Origin: Dicyema japonicum
Lineage: Eukaryota > Animalia > Dicyemida
Reading direction: 5' to 3'
Assembly (NCBI GenBank): GCA_011109175.1
Contig: RDEW01000001.1
Location: 1,987,485 to 2,051,484, forward strand
Length of the DNA: 64,000 nt
Below, in pieces: positions 13,099 through 26,809 of this stretch (positions are counted from its first letter, which is position 1; each line of letters begins with the position of its first letter). A model generated the notes under the pieces. That model made no database searches. It was not told the DNA's origin and saw only the letters and a program-made list of their open reading frames with translations. The position numbers and the translations under genes were made by a program.

Positions 13099-14727
13099 TG
13101 GTCCCTCATTTAAACTTTTTAGCATTCGAGTGATTTCTCGTTTCTGATGTCTCATGTATTGCAAAAAATCTAATTACACGAGCTTGTTTAGATTTTACTA
13201 AAAGTCGAAAGATTAACCCTCTTCACAGTTCGATGTACAAAAGATTCACTGAGCTGATGATTTATAACAAAACTCACTTTGTTTTCCAAATTTGTTCCTA
13301 TCCTTTGTTTTAAACAAAAAATACAATTCCATTCAAAATATCAAGTTCCACATAGAATTCCTATATCAAGGACTTTTTCATTGGGACACTCCTTCCTTTT
13401 GAAGTCGTCGAAATTGACACGAATATTCTACCGAATAATGTCTTTTAAATAATTTTGCTGAAATTTTAAAATACAACAAACTTTCTAAAATAATAAATTT
13501 AATCAAAATCTAAAACTTAAAGATAAAATTACATTGTTGTAAAGACTATGTCGCATCAAGGTTCCTTCAACTTTTATATTGAGCATTCACGCATTATAAA
13601 AACTTAAACGTGGAAATTCCACTGATTTTAAGTAACTACGAATAATCCCAGATCCCTCATCAATTGAGAGAACTGGTTGGAGGTATCTGATAACATGGAA
13701 TTAATCGATTTAGACGTCATTATTATTTTTACAAAGCGTAAGTTTTGTCACTGACCTTATCTCAGACAAAAGCAAGCAAAACTTTAAGTTTCTTACCTAA
13801 TTACCTTTCACAAACCCAGTGAGCCCGAGATTCCGTCAGATCAACTGAAAAGGGTTCAATTTTTTCTAATAGTAGATCGAACGTCAAGCTCTATACAGAA
13901 GAGCTCAATTTGAGGTCGTACAGTGGTTTTCCACAGTAGACATTAACAAAAATGTCGCTTGCTATGTAATTGTAGGCTGACATTAACAACTGTGCTCCCC
14001 ACTCGAGCACATCTCCAAGGGGAGAATGCGGGATAATATATATAATTTGATGTAGTTCTGGTTCGATTTTGAGATTAGTGCAAAAATCAATTGGAGAAAA
14101 ACATCAAGGCATTCCTCGAAATAAACGAAAACATTTTAAAGTCAGCCTTCAGTCTGACGGACCACGAGAGAGAAATAGTGAATGCATAAACGTTAAACGT
14201 ACCTGGAAGATGCAGAACGAGGTGGCAAGATTGCGGTCTCTATAGGAGAGGTATGAGAATAAAGTCAAATGTTCTAAAAATACACCGATAGTGTATGCCT
14301 CTGGTTAGTTTCAGGCTAGGCGGTTGGTTTAGCTTTTGAGCTTCGCTAAACAGCGACTTGTGGAAAATACCCCTCTCTGTGTGGAAGAGGCAGAGGTGAA
14401 CCGTTCTCTGGATGAGATCAGGTCAGTTTTTGAGCGGACTGTGACTGAGGACTGGTTTTATAAATTAGTTACACAATGTGTCAACTCAAAATTTACCGAT
14501 TATTTCGAAGTGTTCGAAATTATTTCTGATGATAAATTGGAATCAAAGATAATGTTTCAAGGGGCGAAAAAGCAAGCCTTTAATATCAATACATAAACAG
14601 TCATTATTAAAACAAACTATTTGTTTCGTGGATTGATGTAAAGAAGGCGTAAGGCTCTGTGGACTATGGTGTTCTCTGCCATGCTTTAATTGTTCAGGCC
14701 TCCAATTGTTGATTGGAAGGTTTGTGA

Positions 14728-15047
14728 AAAGCCTTATGAACAAATTGAAATTTACTCTAAATTTCAAAAGAGATAGTATTGGGATGGTTAAATTATATCG
14801 TTGTATATTGCGAAGAGATTCGTTGTTTCTGCAGCTTTTTGTGTTAGTCATTGGTTTTTTGCGGAAGTCTAAACAATAAATTTCCAGAAAAGCCTTATGA
14901 ACAAATTGAAATTTACTCTAAATTTCAAAAGAGATAGTATTGGGATGGTTAAATTATATCGTTGTATATTGCGAAGAGATTCGTTGTTTCTGCAGCTTTT
15001 TGTGTTAGTCATTGGTTTTTTGCGGAAGTCTAAACAATAAATTTCCA
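14728..15047. repeat. Tandem duplication, ~160-bp unit x2
   Basis: AAAGCCTTATGAACAAATTG...AACAATAAATTTCCA occurs twice back to back. Confidence 0.9.
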
Positions 15048-18000
15048 AAATTATCTATGTCCCAAAGAAATTTATCATTGATGACGTATACAACCAATCT
15101 CTTACTTTTTATTGATGGTTTGAAAATATTTATTGCAAGATCACAACGATGAGGATAATAAATGGGATCTATGAGTAGCTCAATGTTGTTGGGCTTACAA
15201 GGAGTTCTGAGAAGTCTGCCTCTTGTGAAGGATGTAAAATCTCCGGATGGAAATACCTCGAGTTTAAAAGATCATGCAGCTGCATCATGAAGCAGGATGT
15301 TTTGAGAACAATTACAGAAAACGTGAGATTGTTACTTAATGCTGAAATCCATTTAAAGCAATCAAAGAGCATGCCCTGTCCCTTTATAATTACCACATTG
15401 GCTTAATTGAACCGATCGACTCTATTGATGTTGTAATGGTATTTTACCTGAATATTGTATTTATTTTTGTTAAACTTGGGAGAGGTGTTTATTTCAATTT
15501 TTCATAAAATTGATGTATGTTGTTTCAATGTCTGGTGATTTGATAAGAAAGTCCAGAATTTGTCTAGAAAAAATGGAATCCTGCGGGTCTTTAAAAATAA
15601 GAAAACATACATGACAACATTTGCAAGATTCCTTGCTTTCAAAAACATGATGGACAACCCAAGTAAGCTTTAGCGCGATCAAGGAATATGAAAAATCTTC
15701 TACGGATAGTTTTAAAAAGTCAATTTATCCAATACTTATAATTGTTGCGAATAAGAAAATATTGATGTATTTGGATCTTCTGAGTGGTCTGTGGAAACAA
15801 TATATTTTCTTCTTCAAGGAGGTGCATATATTTGAACGAAACAGAATGTACGACATCAAGAAGTCAGAGACTGAAGACACATTCTGTCAATTTCATAATC
15901 TATTTTCTGAGTCGATATCCCGGTGGACACATCCATAAAGACAGATACTCATGTCAGGTTCAATAGAACTCGCGTTTAGGTGGTGAATAAAATTATACTT
16001 TTTGAAATTACTTCTCAAGAACAGCTCTTGACTTTTTACTAGAGTGACATCATGTGATCTACATGTCAGGTAACGCCCGTGCCAAACTGGCACTAAAAAG
16101 GATTATTTGTTCTCTCCCACTCCAATCATTAAATTTCCTAAACTCAAGAAATGTATGTCTTTTAACTATTATGGTGGTTCACATGGACTCTTGGACGTCA
16201 TTACCTATTTCTCTAATCACGTAAAAAGATGCATCATGTAGAACCGTTCTGGGAACGTTAATATATAAGAACGACAATAATGTTTAATCATTTGAGTTAA
16301 CTCCTCAACTTTTTTTAAATTAAATCGATATTATTATTGAGCATATGAATTGGAGAGTAGAGTCTTAAAGGGATCAATTATGAGAAATCTATTATTTAAC
16401 GTTCTAATGGCCAGTTTCCTGTTTCAGATGTCATCAAGTATGAAATCTCTGATATAAGTAAACTACTACAACTGTCTGATCTGACGAGATTGGGTGTGAC
16501 TTCGGAGAAAAGAAACGATGTAAATGTGAAAGAAATTTGAGTCTCGTTTGGTCTCCAATTGAAAAGTTCAGAAAAAAATCTAATGCAAGATTCTTCAGCG
16601 GAAATGGAGAGGGAATCAGCAAAGCTCCCTATGTGGAATCGATAGTTTGGAATGCCTGAAGTTTCTCGGAACAGCATTTGAAAAACTGAAACTTCTTAAT
16701 AAAACTTTAAACTCAGAAAGAAAATTGCACACCAGACTCGAAACGGATATTTTCATTTTTTAATTACGGTCATTCTATCACTTCTCTATGGACTTGAAGA
16801 GTGCTATTACACTGCATACAAGGAGTGTTTTATCTTCCTTCTTGAAAACCGAGGATAACAGGGATCAAGATTGTCACAAGCGGCTTACGAGACTTTATAT
16901 GATGACGAAGATTTTCTATTAGTGTCGATAAGAGAAGTAACAGAGAAAAAAATGGCAAACTACGGATAGGGGATGTCATCATTGACTCGTATGTCCAAAC
17001 GGAATGAACCATAGAGGGGTTAAGGTCGCAGTAGGAGAGTCCAAGCTATTGCAGGACTTGTGGTAAGAAACCTAAAAATAATACATTCTTTACATTTCTT
17101 TAATAATAAAATTTGCTAAAGTTAAAAGAAGGTTCAAGCTCATGAACGTTCCTGACTAAGTAGAAATCGCACAACCTCGACCTGTTGATATGACTTCATT
17201 GACAGAAATCCACTGTTTTCTCTAGTGGTTTCATTTTAATGACGTGGTCCCCCACAATGTCGTCTACTGTATAAAAATCCTTAGATATGCCTGGTATAAA
17301 ACATAATATCCAATTGTCGTTGCGATGAGGTGATGCACATAAAATTAAGGGACGAGTATGCATCTTGGATTCCAGCTCATTCGCATGCTATTTCAGCACG
17401 CCAAATTGAGAATCTTAAACTTATCACTGATACGTGGGCCAAGACGCACCTCTTTTAGCAGAATTTAAGAGACGTGGATTTCTTTCTTAATTTACGCGTT
17501 TCGACAGATTCTTGATATAATAGGATTCTACATCACAGAGGGCATAGAAACCTTAGTCAATATTCCTGATTGCTGATTTGTCAAGGAGAAAGGAAGAATT
17601 GAGTGAGAAGTTTGTTAGATGGACAATTTTCATTCTTAGAGAATTTATGCTATCGTAAATAACTCCTGTGGGTCTTTTTGTTTCTACGGCAGCTGGTTCA
17701 ATGTAAACTCTCTAGCAACACATTCGTGAATTCAAATTATTCTGCACATTGAACTTTTGTTATAAGTACAAACAGAATTCATATAATGTTCCCACGGGTT
17801 ATGTACGGCATATTTGTTTTTTTTATTCGAGTTATTGTGCCAATGCTGGTTTCATATTTCCGAAAAAGTACTTTGTGTGAATGATTTTTTAGGAGTAGTC
17901 GAGCAATTTCAACTTATTTTTTCCGTAACTAAGACTCATAATAATTTATGAGGAGTTTTTTCTACTAAAAATAATTAATTTTTTAACGACTAGAAATAAA

Positions 18001-18199
18001 AAATAGTAATAAATTCAGTTCCATGTCGAAGTTTTCGATATTTTTGGCAGAGATCCGAAAAAGTGTTCCAAAAACTGAAGTGTTCCAGCCCCGAGGTCCG
18101 TTTCAAATCGACGACAGACTATATTTAATAATAATTAAATAAAAAAATTAATTAATAATTTAAATAAAATAAAATTTGACCTAATAAAAATTAGAATAA

Positions 18200-19157
18200 A
18201 TGAACAGAATTATTCATTTTGTCATATTTATTCTGTTAAGCAAAATCGTCAAAATAAAATGCAGAGAGACGAGATATATCTTAATTGATTCATATATAAT
18301 TTATAAGAATCCTTCTAAAGTATATATTTCGATAACTTTAGCAATATCCTTTATTTCAGTTAACTGAGGATCTAACATTAGATGGCATTAATGGTAAGTA
18401 TATTTTTTCTGATAAACATATAAGTTTTAAATTTATTCTACACTTTTACAATGAGTTTTATACTATTGACTTAATAACAGAAATTGTTTATGGTATGTTT
18501 TTCGTTGTACTTTAGGAGGTAAGCGTTATACTAATATCACAACGATTTCTAAAACTAAATATGGGGAATACTACCGATGTGGTTATGCTTATATTAGTTT
18601 TTCGAATAATATATCTGTTACATTTTATTCAATCAAATTGCAATATCACGATAAAAGTCATTTGTATCATTTTACTGGAAAAGGTTTTTATTAAAATTTA
18701 TCTAGCTAACGACTGTAACCCAAAAAATGACCCAGATACGCAGATTTGGTTTTTATTTAACAAAAATAGAATCGGAGCAGTAATAAGTGGAATTATCAAA
18801 ATATTATATATTGACAATAACGAAACTGTACACGTTTGCATTGATTCTTAGATAACAGACGAGCATTTCAATTATAATCACGGTAATTTTTCAACAAGTG
18901 TTGTTAATGGAATCCATAAATATCTTTTGATTGGTGCAAATTCTAAAATATTTATTACGGTGGAAAAACTAGATAAAAAATATATTATTTATAACTTTTA
19001 TGTTTGTGTTGGACATAAAAAATCTAAATGTGTTTTACTTGAAAAGCAATTTCGTTTCTCTCGTTTCTCTACTCATAAAAGTGTACTCTTCATTAGAAAA
19101 CTAGAATTTGACAAAGAAGAAAATGAGACAAAGAAGCAACTAATAAAATACTTTTGA
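18200..19157 (+). CDS. Paralog of the LAMP-like gene, truncated and fused to repeat sequence (288 aa, no TM; chimeric gene or young pseudogene)
   Basis: Exons 18200-18319, 18342-18492, 18516-18683, 18706-18827, 18852-19157. Introns of 22, 23, 22 and 24 nt sit at the same positions as in 4553-5870. The spliced frame is stop-free. Homology to copy A ends at LLEKQF (~19052), then the frame reads RFSRFSTHKSVLFIRKLEFDKEENETKKQLIKYF* from the unclassified repeat. Confidence 0.75.
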
Positions 19158-19760
19158 AAGAAACGTTGAGAAGAGAATTGCCAAATTTAAAGAGAATTGT
19201 GCCTTTATGAGTTGACCAAGAATCAGTCAAAGTGAGAAAATGAGAATACTCTTGATGTTTTATGCTCGTTGAATTCACGAAATCAAAGAAGAGTGAATTG
19301 AGAAGAATTTCTGACCTAATTTAATACAAAATCAAGATCATGGAGAAAGAAAGTTTCAGCCGGCTTAATTATATGGTGTTTATTTGCAGGATCCTCACGC
19401 CAAAGGTAATTCTCCGTCAGAAAGCTTTCAAAGGATCGAACCTCTCTCTCTCTAAGTGTCCGAGATTGTCTGTGTCGGATTCACATGGTTTTGGGAGTTG
19501 TAGGTGAACTCTTCGGAGTCTACAATAGGTTTCGTTAGAAGAATGTGTGGACCTTCTTCTCAACTAATGACATAAGTGAATTCTCTTCGTTCCACCTCCT
19601 ACGGGGTATGTGTAGCGTTAATGGGGGATAAAATATTCGTACCCATTTCTTAGAGTCGTACGAATAAAATGTCCTTTCAATGCACTGACATAGACAGTCC
19701 GCGACAAATATAATGGGAAATTTTGGGATCCAGATCAGAAGTCTTTCAGTTTGAGATCAA
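19053..19760 (+). repeat. Second copy of the unclassified repeat at 1820-2510
   Basis: Inverted homology to 1820-2510; see that feature. Confidence 0.75.
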
Positions 19761-22700
19761 TTCAAGTATCCCTGATGATCCAGTGTAACATGTTCAGAAG
19801 GATTGGGCTTTTGTAGTTCGGGCTTTGTAGTTTGGGCTTTTATAGATTGGGCTTTTATAGTTCATTAAAGGTTGTCTCTACTGGTCAGGTTGGATAAACT
19901 CACCCCTTATAGGACGTGGCCGTTTGATTTTGAGCATAAGTTATTCTGCATCGCTCAATATGTTTTTTTTCAAGAAATTCGGCTCTGAAACAATACTCCT
20001 CATTAAGAAGAGAAAAAGTTTGAGCTTAAGTTATTCTGCATCGCTCAATATGTTTATTTTTCAAGAAATTCGGCTCTGAAACAATACTCCTCATTAAGAA
20101 GAGAAAAAGATTAAAGAGTATAAACCACAACCCCTACTATAAGTTTTGGAGAATGTATAAATGGCCGGACAAGCAGTTCCATTGACTGAACATNTTGAGA
20201 TCAATTCAAGTATCCCTGATGATCCAGTGTAACATGTTCAGAAGGATTGGGCTTTTGTAGTTCGGGCTTTGTAGTTCGGGCTTTTATAGATTGGGCTTTT
20301 GTAGTTCATTAAAGGTTGTCTCTACTGGTCAGGTTGGATAAACTCACCCCTTATAGGACGTGGCCGTTTGACTTTGAGCTTAAGTTATTCTGCAGCGCTC
20401 AATATGTTTATTTTTCAAGAAATTCGGCTCTGAAACAATACTCCTCATTAAGAAGAGAAAAAGATTAAAGAGTATAAACCACAACCCTTACTATAAGTTT
20501 TGGAGAATGTATAAATGGCCGGACAAGCAGTTCCATAGACTGAACATGTGTTATCTACGACCAATTTTATAAAGAAAACGTTATACCAGGAAGATAATAT
20601 CTACATAGAGAAGTTGAAGCATTCAGGTCCACACAATTGAGTCAATAACCCAATTTTAAGCCACTCGATATGCAAATACAAAATTCCATGAATATGGAAG
20701 AANGAGGTAATATATCTATATCCAAAAGGTATGAGGAAAACTAGTGAATATGTAGTAACCAATAATCACCGTTCTCAAGTCAAAAATGACTCATTTCAAC
20801 TCCAAGAAGCGAGCTAATAAAGCTAATAGAATTTTGGAAGGAGTTAAGTCTAATAGTGTTGGATTTTAAAGAAAATGTGACACCTAGGTAGTAACTAGTT
20901 AGTAAAATGTTTTCAATTTTTTATTTTTATCCTTGATTATTAAAATAAAGATATTCAAAAGAGTTGGTTAGTTACAATTTTGTGAAACCAGTCTGTTGGG
21001 AACCACTGGATTAGATTACACATTTGTTAATTTTTGGCCCAAGAAAGTCAAGAAATTTACTGCCATCAATTATAGTCTGTGGTTTTAGGTCAAGAGTATA
21101 AAAGCACGCCCTGAATTCTCAAGTGATGTTAAGAGCAGTACCTATCAGTTTTTTCTACCTTCTTTGTTCTCTTAGTGTAGTCTGGACAATAGTGTATGCC
21201 GGAATTCTTTTGAAGATCTACTAGAGTCTTCTAACCTGCATCACCTGTTTGTTGTCTGAGGCGTCGTCCCAGAGATGTGCCTTGCTCAACGCCAGTCCTA
21301 ATTGAGTTTTGTGTCCTTTCGGGATGATGAATTTTCCGTATAGGGATCTTTTTACGACTGAGATAAAAATCAGAGTTCTGCACTCGTGTCGATGCGGAGA
21401 TCAGATCGACTTTTTTAACCTACAACTTCAGCAGGAAATTCTGAAAGACATATAGCCTTGAACGAAGTTGCTAGGCTANTTTCGGGATGATGAATTCTCC
21501 GTATTGGGATCTTATTACGACTGAGATAAAAATCAGAGTTCTGCACTCGTGTCGATGCGGAGATCAGATCGACTTTTTTAACCTACAACTTCAGCAGGAA
21601 ATTCTGAAAGACATATAGCCTTGAACGAAGTAGCTAGGCTAGGCCGCCAGACAGACACCCGTCCATTGTCGAACGAGTAGGTCTTTGCAGGCGTGTTGGG
21701 AAATGACCAGATGGGATGACCATCTTCTCATTTGAAGCCGGGAAACCTTTTGTCTGTGTGAGTTAATAAAACGTTAGTTCGGATAACTTTAGATTAAGGG
21801 GGCTAAATTTAGGTAATCTGTCGAATATATGACGGTTTTCGAATAAAACAGTAACCCAAAATTAGTTGGTTACACCAACCTCAAGAACGTGAGAAAGTCG
21901 ATTGTCATTAAGTGTTAAGCTGAGAGTGCTGCCTCAAATCTCTTAATTTAATTTTAATTTATTAACCCCTGATACACCGAGAAAAAAGTTAATGTAAACA
22001 ACTAATTAAATGTATCAGTTTCCACTTCTACAGACAGAGTCCATCCGAAATCAGCATAAAGGGTAAGACGTCCATGGTTGCAGTTGTGAAAACCCTTCCA
22101 GTGGAGTGAGGGGTGGGGGGGTAAGTCATTGGTGATCTTTTTAGGACAAATAGGATTAAAATTATCCTAAAATGTGATATAATTATATTAATTATTTTTT
22201 TTAATTTTGTTAGTATCTTTCATTTTTTTAAATTACACGTTATAAATTGTTTTTGTGTACATGCAGTTTAGGCATAACAGCAGGTTTTTAATTTCTCAAT
22301 TATTAAAACTATTAAACTCAGAGGTAAAATAAGGAATGAATTTAAAAGCAATTTCCAAAAACTAATACATAGTTACAAGAACACCTAAAGGAGATTTATT
22401 CCGCTAAAGTGTTTCAAGATAGTAAAATCATCTAACAATACTACACCGATCTACATTTTAATGGATAAGAAATCAGACTGAATGCTACAAGTATAGAGAC
22501 CACTCAACTTTTACTTTCTTAAAATTACGAAGAAAACTTGATATTTTTTTGATTTTATCATTTTTAAAATCAATATTTAACTACACAAATTAGGGAATTT
22601 TTAAATTACCATGTCCCTTTAATTTATATTATTGAACTATAAAAAAATTTTATTTAATTATAGATGAATGTTACATTAACGGGATAGTAATTTTAAATAT

Positions 22701-22859
22701 AATTGTCGGAACAATTTGTAATGCAGAAAAATTTCAATGAAAACAATATTGAAAAAATATTTCATGCTAAATTTTAATTTTCTAACAATGGATAGTTTTG
22801 TTTATTTACATGTAAATTCTCATAAAATGATTTCTTAGATTGGTTATTTTTGAGAATAA

Positions 22860-24480
22860 TTTATTTATTTTTATTTTTTTTATTTAATACCTAAGAGCAT
22901 AGTAAAACCAAAACTAACTATCGCGATATCCCGATGTGCTCCGCCAAATTCCTCAATTCTTTCCCGGAGCTCCTCCCTCGTACCCACACNTGGTTATTTT
23001 TAAGAATAATTTATTTATTTTTATTTTTTTTATTTAATACCTAAGAGCATAGTAAAACCAAAACTAACTATCGCGATATCCCGATGTGCTCCGCCAAATT
23101 CCTCAATTTTTTCCCGGAGCTCTTCCCTCGTACCCAGACAGGGCACCTCCCCGCATGCCGGAGTTTTGTTTAATGAGGGCCTCCAGAGTTGTCGATCCGA
23201 TTCTGTGTCTTCCACAAGACCACAGCTTAGTCATTCTGAAAGTCTTCTTTTGAACGTCCTCAATCTTAATAGTGTTCGTCCATGATAATGAAGGTCCCCA
23301 CGAAGCACACGCGTACGAGAACATGGATCGATGTATTGCTTGTAAATGTTCACAAAACTGGGTGGTTACCTGACTTCCATATTCCAGATAAAAATTTTAA
23401 TACATTTATCGTCTTCTCGCACTTCAGAACAATGTTTGCCAAGTGTGGTTACAAACATAGGTGTGTATCTAGTATCACTCTCANGCGTACGAGAACATGG
23501 ATCGATGTATTGCTTGTAAATGTTCACAAAACTGGGTGGTTACCTGACTTCCATATTCCAGATAAAAATTTTAATACATTTATCGTCTTCTCGCACTTCA
23601 GAACAATGTTTGCCAAGTGTGGTGACAAACATAGGTGTGTATCTAGTATCACTCCCAGGATCTTCTGACATTTGGTGAAGGGGATTTTAATTTAGTCCGA
23701 TTTTAACTTGGTAGTCATCTTCAACAATTTTTTGTCCGAAGTAAACATAGACGTGACCTACTTTCTGGAATTTATGGTGAGTTGGTTCTTCATTACCCAG
23801 GCGTTGAGTCGATCCAGGTTAATTTGTAATTTTTCTGTAGCATTATGGATATCCCGATCACGCTAGGCCAAAACAATGAGTAGAACATCATTATTGGATT
23901 CCGGTGTCCGGAGGTCTGCCAGGTATAAATTGAATAAGCCGTGGGATAAAAGAGATCCTTGGGGGATACCGTTTGGGAGAAGACGTGAGACTGATATCAG
24001 TCCTCCGAGGCATACACGTCCCCTTCGTCCACTTAAAGAATTTGTTATCCAAAGTTTAAGCTTTCGCGGGATTTCGAACTGGAAAATTTTTTTTGATAAT
24101 ATTTTTCTCGAAATAGAATCAAAGGCCTTGTTAATATTAATGGAACATAAGACTGTTTTCAAATGCTTTGGTTTGTTTGAAAAATCATCTCTAATGAAGT
24201 TGGTTAATTTCTGTAGGTACATTGATGTAGAACAATCGTTCTTGAATCCGTGCTGAAAATCTTTTTCTGGTAAGAAAGCCTTGATTCTTCCAAGCCCAAG
24301 ACTTTCCAGGATTTTCGTTATGGAACATAACAATGACACAGGTCTCAATGATGCTGGATCTTCCTTAGGTTTCACAGTTTTCAGTATAGGTCGGATATTG
24401 GCTAGCTTACATAACAATGGTATTACATTACAATTAATGGAATAGTTATACACCGAAGATAGAAAACCTTCTTCAGAAAA
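22860..24480 (-). mobile_element. 5'-truncated Jockey/I-like LINE (RT, 3' end and A-rich tail)
   Basis: RPVSLLCSITKILE, QHGFK, ININKAFDSI, GIPQGSLLS..LFNLYLADL (23863-24453), then FSYACASW (23103-23324) and an A-rich tail (reverse complement of 22860-22885). Contains N-joined duplications. Confidence 0.88.
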
Positions 24481-24901
24481 TCTCCAAGGTTCTTCAGAAT
24501 AATTTATTAAGTATCTGTTATATCTTATTTATAGTTAAACGCAAAAAATACAAAATAATTTAAAAAATAATAAAATTGTCCTATTTTTGTCTCAAAATGT
24601 CCTAATTGTACTACCGCATTTCCGGTGTAAAGTCTACCTTGTTAGATCAAAAATNNGTTTCACAGTTTTCAGTATAGGTCGGATATTGGCTAGCTTACAT
24701 AACAACGGTATTACATTACAATTAATGGAATAGTTATACACCGAAGATAAAAAACCTTCTTCAGAAAATCTCCAAGGTTCTTCAGAATAATTTATTAAGT
24801 ATCTGTTATATCTTATTTATAGTTAAACGCAAAAAATACAAAATAATTTAAAAAATAATAAAATTGTCCTATTTTTGTCTCAAAATGTCCTAATTGTACT
24901 A

Positions 24902-25737
24902 CCGCATTTCCGGTGTATAAGTCGACTTTGTTAGATCAAAAATCTACCTCAACACAATACACCAGAAAACAATCAGTATGCTTTGCCCACGTAATGGATC
25001 ATCAGTCGACTCACTACTCATGGAAGCTAAGATCCGTAGTCGTGGCTCCGGATTTCTTCTCGTCTGTGAGGAAGATGGAAACCCGCTCCGCCTGATCCTT
25101 TCCATGGCAAGAGAAAACCGATTGGATAAGAAATTCCTTTCCCCGATCGGATTCCTCTGCAACACCGAGAGAAGGCTCTTCCGGAAAGTAGTGGGGGACA
25201 ATGGAAGATCACAGACGTCGAATGGCACAATTGATTGCGAGGACTGGGATCACCTAACTGTTTGACTCTTTTGTCTTTCATTCTCGGTGTTCCCGGGGTT
25301 ATTATTAAAAAAACTAACAACTGTGCTGCCTCGAGAAAGTTTGGCGTAAATGAGAAACTAGTTTTAACACAGCTATAGTGATGCTGAAAAACATATGTGC
25401 TAATATAGCGAAAACTGCCAGTGGCCAGCACTTGAACAAGAACATGTATGCTTGGTCGAGAATCTACAAAAGTGTGGGTTCGTCGTCACAAGAAATATAA
25501 TTTGTCTGCCTGCTTTGGTTTGTGCCAAACAAAGCAAGATTACCGATTTTAAAGGAACTAAATTTAGTGTTCACGATTTTTAAAGAGAAATGACCTTGTG
25601 CTACGAAAAAAGTTTCCTAACTAAACATAAATCAATTTCTAAGAGTGTTCATTGTTATTGGTCTCTCTCGGCCAGTAGTATCACAGGATTACAAAGTAAA
25701 TAGTAGGGGGGGTCGACTTATACATCGGCAAATACGG
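24902..25737 (+). mobile_element. Non-autonomous pogo-derived element with TIRs and TA flanks, carrying a LINE 3'-end fragment
   Basis: Left end CCGCATTTCCGGTGTATAAGTCGAC and right end GTCGACTTATACATCGGCAAATACGG (imperfect ~25-bp TIR), TA on both sides. 25311-25362 matches 817-868 and 25620-25705 matches 1667-1750 of the pogo copy. 24960-25300 ends in the LINE terminus GGGATCACCTAA. Confidence 0.85.
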
Positions 25738-25831
25738 TATTTTGTTTTAAAATGTCCTAAAAATGTCCTATTAATTCCGTCCAAGTTATCAGTAATGAAT
25801 TTGATTGATAATCTCATCAACTGGTCATTTG

Positions 25832-26068
25832 AGGAAATCCAATACTTAGATCAATCCTATGGGCTGAAATATCCGGAGTGGATTTGCGATAGGATTCTTT
25901 TGTAATCTCGATCGAGGGATTCTTCAAATCATCTATTGGTTGTGGCTGACGGAAATCCAATACTTAGATCAATCCTATGGGCTGAAATATCCGGAGTGGA
26001 TTTGCGATAGGATTCTTTTGGAATCTCTATCGAGGGATACTTCAAATCATCTATTGGTTGTGGCTGAC
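25832..26068. repeat. Tandem duplication, ~119-bp unit x2
   Basis: GGAAATCCAATACTTAGATCAATCC...TGGTTGTGGCTGA occurs twice with a few substitutions. Confidence 0.88.
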
Positions 26069-26809
26069 TTCCGTTAACGAATGACTCTAGTTGTACAAAA
26101 TCATGGATCATCATCGTCATGGTGGAGATAGAAGAGGAATTGAATCCTATCGATTGCCGTCTGATTTCTAGTTTCAATTAGGTTATTGTGGGTTGCACAG
26201 GATTTGTTAACTCATTGTTGGTCTCACATGCATAAGCGTTCTCCAGCACCAGAATACAAGACTCTCATTGTAGGCGGTCTACAGCAGCACGTAAGTCAAA
26301 ACCAGTAATCAATACTAGTCCACACTTTGAGTTTTTGAATTTTACAATTGAACAGGAGACGCATCGAAACCATCTGGAGTAGTAGATCGCCATTGAAGGA
26401 AAGTTAGACAAAAATTTAGAATATAGTGGAGTATACCTGAATCTCAGTCTTAGTTACGATACCATAAATTCTCTAAGAAGGAAAATTGTCCCTCAATGAA
26501 CAATGTGCAATTTGAAATAATGATATGGTTTCCTCGCCCTTTTTGGTGTAGAATCCATCATATCAAGAATCTGTTGGAACGCGTAAATTAAGATAAAACC
26601 ACAAGTCTCTTCAATTTTTGCTGAAAGAGGAGAGTCGTGGCACAATTATCGATGATTAGTTAAGTTTCTCAATTTTCCGTCTGAAATAACATGAGAATGA
26701 GCCAGAAATCTAGTAGCGAAATGCTTTAACTGCTAACATTAGGCCACTTCACGAAACGTTAAAACTGGAAAAAAGAGATGCCTTACGGGGCTATATTTTC
26801 GAGGAATGA

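Noticed and set aside
15100-17760. Weak Merlin/ISXO2-like and Gypsy-like peptide echoes
   Set aside because: Too degenerate to assign without a profile search.
22140-22860. AT-rich block with intron-like GT..AG segments and a short hydrophobic peptide (GIVILNIIVGTIC)
   Set aside because: No consistent multi-exon frame could be assembled.
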